Source of the DNA: an uncultured Butyricicoccus sp.
Lineage (GTDB): Bacteria > Bacillota > Clostridia > Oscillospirales > Butyricicoccaceae
Assembly: GCA_910584935.1 (NCBI GenBank)
Contig: CAJUDU010000003.1
Location: 7,617 to 71,616, forward strand
Length of the DNA stretch: 64,000 nucleotides
Direction: 5' to 3'
A program made the position numbers and the translations under genes. Below the pieces are notes generated by a model that was not told the DNA's origin, did not search any database, and worked only from the letters and a program-made list of their open reading frames with translations. Within the stretch, counting starts at the first letter, position 1; every line of letters begins with the position of its first letter. Positions 29,322 to 39,725 of this stretch are shown here, in pieces.

Positions 29322-30548
29322 ATGACTGTTTTTGAAGAATTAAAAGCACGTGGGCTGGTTGCCCAGTGTACCAATGAGGAAAAAGTGCAGGATCTGTTGG
29401 ATCATCATAAAATAACTTTTTATATTGGCTTTGATGCCACTGCTGACAGCCTTCATGTTGGGCATTTCCTTCAATTGGTTGTCATGAGCCGCCTGCAAAA
29501 AGCAGGGCATCGTCCCATTGCATTGCTTGGCGGCGGTACTACCATGATCGGCGACCCAACTGGTAAAACCGATATGCGGAAAATGCTAACCCCAGCTGAA
29601 ATTGAACATAATGCGGAATGCTTCCGCAAGCAAATGCGCCGTTTGGTTGATTTTTCAGACGGAAAAGCGGTTATGATCAATAATGCAGACTGGATTTTAA
29701 AATTTAATTATATGGATTTTTTACGGGAAGTCGGTGTGCATTTTTCGGTTAATCGTATGTTAACTGCGGAATGTTTTAAATCACGCCTTGAAAAAGGACT
29801 GAGTTTTATTGAATTTAATTATATGCTGCTTCAGTCTTATGATTTCCTGCATTTATATCGGACGATGGATTGTAAAATGCAGCTTGGCGGCGATGACCAA
29901 TGGTCAAACATTATCAATGGTGCAGATTTAATCCGGCGCGTTGATGGTAAGGATGATGCTTATGGGCTGACCTTTACATTGCTGACAACATCAGAAGGCA
30001 AAAAGATGGGTAAAACAGAAAAAGGCGCTGTGTGGCTTGATCCGGAAAAGACATCGCCATATGAATTTTTCCAGTATTGGCGCAATGTTGGGGATGCTGA
30101 TGTCATCCGTTGCATGAAGCTGCTGACTTTTATCCCGTTGGATGAAATCGCGGAATATGAAAAGCTTGAAGGCGCAGGGCTCAATACTGTCAAAGAACGG
30201 CTTGCCCATGAAATTACAATGATGGTACATGGCAAGGAAGAAGCAGACAAGGCATTGGCAGCGGCAAAAGCTCTGTTTGGCAGCGGCGCTGCGGATGAAA
30301 ATATGCCGTCAACAACGCTGCATTCGGAAGATTTTACAGATGGGCAAATTGGCGTATTAGCACTTCTTGTGAAAACTGGGTTGGCGTCTTCTAATGGGGA
30401 AGCACGCAAATTGGTACAGGGTGGCGGCGTTTCCTTGGACGGCGAAAAAGTTTCAGACCCTAAAATGATGCTTTCTATGCAAGATTTTGCACAAGGCTGC
30501 GTCATCAAAAAAGGAAAAAAGACGTATCATAAAGTCATAGCAGGCTAA
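29322..30548 (+). CDS. tyrS: Tyrosine--tRNA ligase
   Basis: [20 protein letters not shown]-terminal S4 domain. Confidence 0.97.
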   Translation: MTVFEELKARGLVAQCTNEEKVQDLLDHHKITFYIGFDATADSLHVGHFLQLVVMSRLQKAGHRPIALLGGGTTMIGDPTGKTDMRKMLTPAEIEHNAECFRKQMRRLVDFSDGKAVMINNADWILKFNYMDFLREVGVHFSVNRMLTAECFKSRLEKGLSFIEFNYMLLQSYDFLHLYRTMDCKMQLGGDDQWSNIINGADLIRRVDGKDDAYGLTFTLLTTSEGKKMGKTEKGAVWLDPEKTSPYEFFQYWRNVGDADVIRCMKLLTFIPLDEIAEYEKLEGAGLNTVKERLAHEITMMVHGKEEADKALAAAKALFGSGAADENMPSTTLHSEDFTDGQIGVLALLVKTGLASSNGEARKLVQGGGVSLDGEKVSDPKMMLSMQDFAQGCVIKKGKKTYHKVIAG

Positions 30549-30705
30549 AACGATATGGCGGCGCGCCGTGCGGCACAGTAAGGCTTGTGCGTGCGGCGCG
30601 TGTTCTTTGAAACGGAATTTTTTTAATGAGAATGTATATCATTGGGCAAAATAACACTTTCAAAAACCGGCATAGTTTGTTATAATATGAGCGAGTCTTA
30701 TTTAG

Positions 30706-32697
<1,992 letters not shown>

Positions 32698-32783
32698 AGG
32701 GGGTTATTCCCAATTTTATAGGAAAGGCAGTTTATTTGCCGCAATAGATGATATTGGGGCGGATGACTGAATGGTGACGAAAA

Positions 32784-33071
32784 ATGGCAATTGAACGGAA
32801 AGAAATTGAGCATATTGCATCGCTCGCGCGGCTGGATATCAGTGGCGCTGGATTTGACCGCCTTGCGGAAGATATGCAGGGGATTGTTGCAATGGTAGAC
32901 CAACTGCAACAGCTTGATTTGGACGATGTAACAGATGTGATTGATGCGGAACGGAGAAATGCGTTCCATGAAGATACTGTAATACAGGAATATCAGCCAG
33001 AGCAATTGATTGAACCCAATGCCCCGGATTTTCAGGCGGGCGGCGTTGCTGTTCCGCGTGTTGTTGAATAA
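32784..33071 (+). CDS. gatC: Asp/Glu-tRNA amidotransferase subunit C
   Basis: HIASLARL...VPRVVE; upstream of gatA. Confidence 0.92.
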   Translation: MAIERKEIEHIASLARLDISGAGFDRLAEDMQGIVAMVDQLQQLDLDDVTDVIDAERRNAFHEDTVIQEYQPEQLIEPNAPDFQAGGVAVPRVVE

Positions 33072-33088
33072 AAAGGGGGTATAAAAAG

Positions 33089-34561
33089 ATGGAACTTTTC
33101 AAAAAGACGGCTGCTGAACTTTCTGACATTCTTGCAAAGAAAGAAATCAGCGCAGTAGAACTCATCAAAGATGTGTTTGCACGTACACAGGCTGTGGAGG
33201 ATAAAGTAAAAGGGTATATTACTGTAACGCAAGAAGCAGCACTTCAAGCGGCAGATGCTGTGGATAAAAAGCGTGCGGCAGGGGAGCAGCTTTCTGCATT
33301 GGCAGGGATTCCAGTTGCAATTAAGGATAATATCTGCACAAAAGGTACATTGACGACCTGTGCTTCTAAAATGCTGTATAATTTCAATCCGCCATATAAT
33401 GCAACTGTTATAGACAAATTATTGGCACAGGATGTTGTTGTGACAGGCAAAGCAAATATGGATGAATTTGCAATGGGTTCTTCTTGTGAAAATTCATCCG
33501 TGCATCCCACCCATAACCCGCATAACTTAGGATGTGTGCCTGGTGGGTCTTCCGGCGGTTCGGCGGCGGTTGTCGCGGCAGGGGAAACCCCTTTATCGCT
33601 TGGTTCAGATACTGGCGGCTCTATCCGGCAGCCAGCCGCATTCTGCGGCGTTGTAGGGCTGAAACCAACATATGGCGCGGTATCCCGTTATGGGCTGATT
33701 GCATTCGCTTCATCTCTTGACCAGATTGGTCCATTTGGGCGCACCATAGAAGATACTGCTATGTTGTTTGATGCAATTACCGGACATGATCCACTGCATG
33801 ATTCCACTTCTGTGCAAACCCTATTTGAAGGGAGAACTCGTGCCAGCTTGAACCCGGATGTTAAGGGGATGAAAATTGGCTTGCCGAAGGAATATTTTGG
33901 GGAAGGGATTTCGGAAAGTGTCCGCAAAAATGTGCTTGCCGCTGCGGAAACTTATCGTGCCATGGGGGCAGAAGTGTTTGAAATTTCCTTGCCGCTTTCG
34001 GCGTATGTGCTGCCAATTTATTATATTCTTTCTTCGGCAGAAGCATCTTCCAATCTTGCCCGTTTTGACGGCGTGAAATATGGCTACCGTTCGCCAAACT
34101 TTGCTGAAGATGATTTGATTAGTTTATATGTGAAATCCCGTTCAGAAGGCTTTGGGCAGGAAGTACAGCGCCGTATTATGCTGGGCACTTATGTGTTGTC
34201 CTCCGGTTTTTATGATGCGTATTATAAAAAAGCCCGTGCAGCGCAGCGCCGTATCAAAGCGGAATTTGCTGCTGCTTTTGAAAAATGTGATATCATCTTG
34301 ACCCCTGTTGCTCCAACAACTGCATATGAGATTGGTTCTAAAACCACCAATCCACTCGAAATGTATGCAGGTGATATTTGCACAGTATCGCTGAATATTG
34401 CTGGGCTGCCTGGACTTGTTCAGCCCTGTGGGTTTGACACGGAGAAAATGCCAGTTGGTATGCAGCTGATTGGGCCACATTTTGGCGAACAGAAACTGCT
34501 CAACGCAGGATTGGCTTTCGAACAGGCTTCTGGGCTGAAAAATATCATTGCAGAACTGTAA
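33089..34561 (+). CDS. gatA: Asp/Glu-tRNA amidotransferase subunit A
   Basis: Amidase signature GGSSGGS, GSDTGGSIRQP. Confidence 0.97.
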   Translation: MELFKKTAAELSDILAKKEISAVELIKDVFARTQAVEDKVKGYITVTQEAALQAADAVDKKRAAGEQLSALAGIPVAIKDNICTKGTLTTCASKMLYNFNPPYNATVIDKLLAQDVVVTGKANMDEFAMGSSCENSSVHPTHNPHNLGCVPGGSSGGSAAVVAAGETPLSLGSDTGGSIRQPAAFCGVVGLKPTYGAVSRYGLIAFASSLDQIGPFGRTIEDTAMLFDAITGHDPLHDSTSVQTLFEGRTRASLNPDVKGMKIGLPKEYFGEGISESVRKNVLAAAETYRAMGAEVFEISLPLSAYVLPIYYILSSAEASSNLARFDGVKYGYRSPNFAEDDLISLYVKSRSEGFGQEVQRRIMLGTYVLSSGFYDAYYKKARAAQRRIKAEFAAAFEKCDIILTPVAPTTAYEIGSKTTNPLEMYAGDICTVSLNIAGLPGLVQPCGFDTEKMPVGMQLIGPHFGEQKLLNAGLAFEQASGLKNIIAEL

Positions 34562-34575
34562 ATAGGGGGATAACC

Positions 34576-36006
34576 ATGAAATATGAAGCTGTAATTGGAC
34601 TTGAAGTCCATGCTGAGTTGTCTACAAAAAGCAAAATCTATTGTTCTTGTTCGGCAAAATTCGGTGCGGGAATCAATGAGCACACCTGTCCAGTATGTAC
34701 AGGGATGCCGGGTGCATTGCCTGTACTGAACCGTCAGGTTGTGCATTACGCAGCAAAAATGGGGCTTGCTACCGGTTGTACAGTTAACCGTTTGTGCCAG
34801 TCTGCACGGAAGAATTACTTTTATCCAGATTTGCCGAAGGCTTATCAGATTTCTCAGGCAGAGCATCCGATTTGTTCGGATGGTGAAGTGTTCTTTTATG
34901 TCGATGGCAAGAAAAAATCCTGCCGTCTGGAACGCATCCACTTTGAGGAGGATGCCGGTAAGCTGCTGCATGATGAAATTGATGGCACAGTTGTTGACTT
35001 TAACCGCTGTGGTGTGCCGCTGATTGAAATGGTTACACGGCCAGATTTGCGTTCTTCTGCGGAAGCAAAAGAATTTTTGGAAACCATTAAGACCACATTG
35101 TCTTATCTTGATATCTGCGACTGCAAAATGGAAGAAGGGTCTATCCGTTGTGATGTCAATGTGTCTATCCGCTCGGAAGGATCCGAGGAATTTGGCACTC
35201 GTGTGGAAATGAAAAATATCAATACATTTTCAGGCGCTGTCCGTGCGATTGATTATGAGGTGGCACGCCAGATAGATGTCGTAGAGCATGGCGGAAAGGT
35301 TCAGCAGGAAACCCGCCGATGGGATGATGTGAAACTGAAAAATACAGTTATGCGTACTAAAGAAGATGCGCAGGATTATCGGTATTTTCCAGACCCAGAT
35401 TTGATTGCGGTTGAAATTGATGATACTTGGATGGAGCAGATACAAAGTGAAATCCCAGAATTGCCACTTGCACGCTATGAACGGTATCTGCACGATTATG
35501 GTATGACAGCAATGGAAGCACGCCAGATTTCTGATTCTTTTGCAAAGGCAAATCTTCTGGATGCTGCGGCAGCTTCTGGCAAGATTGAACCGAAAAAGGC
35601 GGCAAACTGGATTTTATCAGATATTTCCAAATATCTGAATGATAAAGAAATTGAAGTCGAAGATACAATGCTGACGCCGGATAAGCTGGTGGATTTGATT
35701 TGTTTGATTGATAAGGGCACAATTTCAGGTGCAGCAGGGAAGAAGGTACTCATAGAGCTGTTTGAAAAAGATGAAACGGCTGCACAGATTGTAAAACGGC
35801 TTGGGCTGGAGCAGGTTTCTGATGAAGGTGCAATTCTTGCGATTGTACAAGATGTTATTTCGCGGAACGAAAAAGCTGTTGCAGATTTCAAGGCAGGTAA
35901 AAATGTTACAGGTTTTTTGGTTGGGCAGTGCATGAAAGCATCAAAAGGACAAGGGAACCCACAAATTATCAATAAATTGATTGCACAGGAACTTTCAAAA
36001 CTGTAA
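34576..36006 (+). CDS. gatB: Asp/Glu-tRNA amidotransferase subunit B
   Basis: IGLEVH, YFYPDLPK, EEDAGK, YRYFPDPD. Confidence 0.97.
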   Translation: MKYEAVIGLEVHAELSTKSKIYCSCSAKFGAGINEHTCPVCTGMPGALPVLNRQVVHYAAKMGLATGCTVNRLCQSARKNYFYPDLPKAYQISQAEHPICSDGEVFFYVDGKKKSCRLERIHFEEDAGKLLHDEIDGTVVDFNRCGVPLIEMVTRPDLRSSAEAKEFLETIKTTLSYLDICDCKMEEGSIRCDVNVSIRSEGSEEFGTRVEMKNINTFSGAVRAIDYEVARQIDVVEHGGKVQQETRRWDDVKLKNTVMRTKEDAQDYRYFPDPDLIAVEIDDTWMEQIQSEIPELPLARYERYLHDYGMTAMEARQISDSFAKANLLDAAAASGKIEPKKAANWILSDISKYLNDKEIEVEDTMLTPDKLVDLICLIDKGTISGAAGKKVLIELFEKDETAAQIVKRLGLEQVSDEGAILAIVQDVISRNEKAVADFKAGKNVTGFLVGQCMKASKGQGNPQIINKLIAQELSKL

Positions 36007-36018
36007 GATAAGAATTGA

Positions 36019-36057
36019 AAGCCGTAATGATGTTGCCCTTCATTACGGCTTCCGTTT
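36019..36057 (+). terminator. Intrinsic terminator after gatB
   Basis: AAGCCGTAATGA...TCATTACGGCTT 12-bp stem. Confidence 0.65.
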
Positions 36058-36143
36058 ACGCAAATGATTTTAATATGGCTGTTTACTTTCGCGCTGTAAT
36101 GTGTTACGATAAATAAAAGATTAGAAAAAACGGAGGCATTGCG

Positions 36144-36434
36144 ATGAATAGCAAACTGAAGGATATTCATATGGATGCGTTATTTGAAGGAATCTTGTCT
36201 TTAGGTTCAGTAGAGGAATGCTATAACTTTTTTGAAGACCTTTGTACTATTACAGAACTGCGTGCGATGGCACAGCGCTTTCAGGTTGCAAAAATGTTGG
36301 ATGAAGGGCAAATTTATAGTGATATTGTACGTGAAACAGGCGCAAGTACAGCAACAATCAGTCGCGTAAACAAATGCCTGGTTTATGGAACTGATGGATA
36401 TCGCACTGTTTTGGATCGTACAAAAGAAGGGTGA
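36144..36434 (+). CDS. YerC/YecD TrpR-like protein
   Basis: FFEDLCT..E...AQR, TGASTATISRV. Confidence 0.92.
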   Translation: MNSKLKDIHMDALFEGILSLGSVEECYNFFEDLCTITELRAMAQRFQVAKMLDEGQIYSDIVRETGASTATISRVNKCLVYGTDGYRTVLDRTKEG

Positions 36435-36437
36435 AAT

Positions 36438-37181
36438 ATGGATAGTTACCGCTTTTTATCATCCTATTATAACCGGTTTACACTTGATGTAGCGTATCCT
36501 AAATGGGCTGATTTTTTTGAGCAAATATTTGCACAGGAAAATTTAAAGCCCCATCTGATTTTAGATTTGGCGTGCGGCACTGGCACTTTAACCGCAGAAC
36601 TCACAATGCGTGGCTATGAGGTAATTGGTGTTGATGCGTCAGCAGAAATGTTGATGCAAGCGATGGAGCGCACAATTGATATGAATCCACGTCCGCTTTT
36701 TCTGAATCAGCTTATGCAGGAACTTGACTTATATGGCACTGTAGACGCGTGCCTGTGTTGTTTAGACAGTATCAATTATATTACTGATCCTACAATGCTT
36801 CGGGAATGCCTGCGGCGTGTGGAACTGTTCCTTGAACCCGAAGGGGTTTTTATTTTTGATATAAATACTCTAAAAAAATTTCAGGATATAAATGATCAGT
36901 GCTATGTCAGGGAAGATGATGATGTATACTGCGTATGGCAGACAGAGTTTGATGGGGAAGTCTGCCGCTATGATTTTGATATTTTTGAACAGGTCGGCGG
37001 TTTGTGGAGGCGAAACCAAGAATCTCACGAAGAACGTTATTATGCGGCGGAAGCGCTGGTTTCATGGTTACAAGAAATAGGATTTATACAAGTAAAACTT
37101 TACCCTGACCTGTCATTTGGCAGCTTGACAGGTCAAGAAGATCGGATTTTTATATCTGCAAGAAAGAGGAAAATTAAATGA
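36438..37181 (+). CDS. Class I SAM-dependent methyltransferase
   Basis: LDLACGTG, DSINY, FIFDIN. Confidence 0.9.
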   Translation: MDSYRFLSSYYNRFTLDVAYPKWADFFEQIFAQENLKPHLILDLACGTGTLTAELTMRGYEVIGVDASAEMLMQAMERTIDMNPRPLFLNQLMQELDLYGTVDACLCCLDSINYITDPTMLRECLRRVELFLEPEGVFIFDINTLKKFQDINDQCYVREDDDVYCVWQTEFDGEVCRYDFDIFEQVGGLWRRNQESHEERYYAAEALVSWLQEIGFIQVKLYPDLSFGSLTGQEDRIFISARKRKIK

Positions 37182-38053
37182 GCGATATTAGGATACGTGC
37201 TATTGCAGCCGATTCGGCAATCCAGATTACAGCAGTAAACAGTCAGGAAACTGTACAAAGAGCACAGCAGATTCATCACACAATGCCAACAGCAACTGCT
37301 GCTTTGGGACGGGCACTGACAGCCTGTTCTATGATGGGCAGCCAATTGAAAATTGATAGTGGGTCTGTTACTGTGCAAATAAAAGGGAACGGCCCGCTGG
37401 GTTCAATTATCTGCGTTTCTGATGCAAATGGGAATGTACGGGGATATCTTCAAAACCCTTCTTGTGATCTTCCATTGCGTGCAGACGGAAAGTTAAATGT
37501 TGGGGCTGGCGTTGGCAAAGGATATTTAATGGTGATTAAAGATATCGGACTGAAAGATCCTGTAACAGGGACGACGGTGCTGGTAAATGGCGAGATTGCA
37601 GAGGATATTACGCAATATTTTGCCGAAAGTGAACAGATTCCGTCAGCGTGTGCATTGGGTGTGTTAGTGGATACAGATTTGAGTGTAAAACAAGCTGGGG
37701 GGTATCTGGTGCAGTTAATGCCTGGATGTACAGAAGCAGATATCAGTCGATTGGAAACAAATATTCAGACCGCTGGTGCGATGACATCTATGTTGGAATC
37801 TGGTATGGCACTTGAGGAAATTGTGAAAAAAATCTTGGATGGGTTTCAGGTTGATTTTTTGGAAAAAACAAATTTTTCGTACCAATGCAATTGTAGCTAC
37901 GATAAGGTTATGCGTGCGCTTATCAGCATGGGTCGAAAAGAATTGTCAAAACTTTCTCATGAAGAAGAAAAAATTGAAGTTACTTGTCAGTTCTGCGATA
38001 AAATTTACACATTTACGCGTGCTGAAATTCAGGATATTTTGAAAAATGCCTGA
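37178..38053 (+). CDS. hslO: Hsp33 redox chaperone
   Basis: AALGR, SEQIPS, C-terminal CxC...CxxC. Confidence 0.95.
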   Translation: MSDIRIRAIAADSAIQITAVNSQETVQRAQQIHHTMPTATAALGRALTACSMMGSQLKIDSGSVTVQIKGNGPLGSIICVSDANGNVRGYLQNPSCDLPLRADGKLNVGAGVGKGYLMVIKDIGLKDPVTGTTVLVNGEIAEDITQYFAESEQIPSACALGVLVDTDLSVKQAGGYLVQLMPGCTEADISRLETNIQTAGAMTSMLESGMALEEIVKKILDGFQVDFLEKTNFSYQCNCSYDKVMRALISMGRKELSKLSHEEEKIEVTCQFCDKIYTFTRAEIQDILKNA

Positions 38054-38174
38054 TAGATTGATCAAATGCTGTGTGGGCTATGAAATGAAGGATTACTTAC
38101 ACAGCATTTTTATTTTAATCATAGGATCAGAATTAGAAATCAGATGAAGATAAGAAGATAAAATGGAGGGCAAA

Positions 38175-38202
38175 ATTTTGTATATTATTAATTATGCAAA
38201 AT
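38175..38202. other. dif-like Xer recombination site (candidate)
   Basis: ATTTTGTATAT-tattaa-TTATGCAAAAT, an 11-6-11 imperfect palindrome at the point where gene orientation converges. Confidence 0.45.
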
Positions 38203-38274
38203 AAAGATTTTGTATAATTAGGGGGATTTAAAAATTACCGGCAAGCTATTAATTACCGGATTTTGATAATTAGC

Positions 38275-39201
38275 TTACCGGTTTTGTTGCCGCAGGCTGT
38301 TCAGGATTTTTTGAAAATATTCTGGTCTAGGTGCTGTAAACTGAATTTGTTTTCCTGTGCCTGGATGAATAAATTCCAACTTTTTTGCGTGCAGACATTG
38401 TCCAGAGATTGTCGAAAAACGATCTTTAGGGTTTCCATACAACGGATCACAAATGATTGGATGACCAATATGTGCAAGATGTACACGGATTTGATGCGTC
38501 CGTCCGGTTTCTAATGAAAATTCCATATGTGTATATCCATAAAACCGTGTGATGACCTGATAATGCGTTACAGCATGACGCCCATTCGCGATAACAGCCA
38601 TTTTTTTGCGCTCTTTAGGATGCCGACCAATTGGCTGATTGATTGTTCCAGAATCGTTTTTGATATTGCCGCAGACAATTGCTTCATAAATACGTTTTAC
38701 AGCATGGGCTGCAATTTGATCAGCCAGGTGCAAATGCGCAGAGTTATTTTTTGCAACAACAAGTAATCCGCTTGTGTCTTTGTCAATTCGATGGACAATC
38801 CCAGGCCGAATTTCACCATTGATACCCGATAATCGATCGCCACAGTGATACATTAGTGCATTCACGAGTGTTCCAGACCAATTTCCGACTGCTGGATGCA
38901 CGACCATGCCCTGTGCTTTATTGACAACAATAATATCATCATCCTCATAAACAATATCAATGGGGATATTTTCTGGTTGGATTTCAACTGATTGCACATT
39001 TGGCATAATTACCTGAAGTGTTTCATTCCCAATCAATTTATAATTTTTTTTCAATACAAGTCCGTTGTAGCTGACCATTCCTTCTGCAATTAGCATTTGG
39101 GCGGCGTTACGCGTCATATTCTCCAGATATTGCGCTAAAAAGCTATCTAACCGCTGTCCTGCGTATGTGGGGGCAATTAGGATTTCTATCGTATTAGGCA
39201 T
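38275..39201 (-). CDS. rluD: RluA/RluD-family pseudouridine synthase
   Basis: S4 domain, VHRIDKDTSG, TGRTHQIRVH. Confidence 0.93.
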   Translation of the reverse strand: MPNTIEILIAPTYAGQRLDSFLAQYLENMTRNAAQMLIAEGMVSYNGLVLKKNYKLIGNETLQVIMPNVQSVEIQPENIPIDIVYEDDDIIVVNKAQGMVVHPAVGNWSGTLVNALMYHCGDRLSGINGEIRPGIVHRIDKDTSGLLVVAKNNSAHLHLADQIAAHAVKRIYEAIVCGNIKNDSGTINQPIGRHPKERKKMAVIANGRHAVTHYQVITRFYGYTHMEFSLETGRTHQIRVHLAHIGHPIICDPLYGNPKDRFSTISGQCLHAKKLEFIHPGTGKQIQFTAPRPEYFQKILNSLRQQNR

Positions 39202-39667
39202 CCCCTCCCCTCCCCTGCATAAGCTGCATTTTATCGTGCTGTATCATGAAATAATAGGCAAAGAGAATCCCACCGATGACAATAAAGACATCTGCAATAT
39301 TGAATACTGGGAAATCAATCAGTTCAAAATAAAACATATCAACAACATAGCCACGCAGGATACGGTCTAAAAAATTGCCGATTGCCCCGCCTGTAATCAT
39401 TGCTAGCGATACTCTCCCCAGTTTAGACAAAATAAGCCGCTTCCAAAATACATAAGCAATTACCAGTAAAATCAATATGGTTGTAATCGTAAAAAGCCAG
39501 ATTTGACCTTGTAAAAACGAAAATGCGGTTCCCCTATTTTCCACATACGTTAACTGAAAAACCCCTGGAATCACAAAATATGGGGAAATCATTAGATTTT
39601 GAATTGCCCAATACTTCACCAGCTGATCTAAAATAACGGCTGTCAGTACCAGTACAAGATATATCAT
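39194..39667 (-). CDS. lspA: Lipoprotein signal peptidase II
   Basis: DQLVK, NRGTAFS, GAIGNFLDR, VVDM, FNIAD; real start at ATG 39667, not 40066. Confidence 0.95.
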   Translation of the reverse strand: MIYLVLVLTAVILDQLVKYWAIQNLMISPYFVIPGVFQLTYVENRGTAFSFLQGQIWLFTITTILILLVIAYVFWKRLILSKLGRVSLAMITGGAIGNFLDRILRGYVVDMFYFELIDFPVFNIADVFIVIGGILFAYYFMIQHDKMQLMQGRGGDA

Positions 39668-39690
39668 AATATTACTCCTATATGAAATAT

Positions 39691-39720
39691 GAAAAGGGGC
39701 AGTTTCTAACTGCCCCTTTC
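39691..39720 (-). terminator. Terminator-like hairpin after ileS
   Basis: AAAGGGGCAGTT...AACTGCCCCTTT. Confidence 0.65.
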
Positions 39721-39725
39721 TATTA

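Noticed and set aside
35496..36170. Long antisense ORFs (e.g. 35496-36170, 18937-19566, 60677-61408)
   Set aside because: They lie opposite well-conserved genes and have no RBS or domain signal; such antisense ORFs are expected from codon bias.
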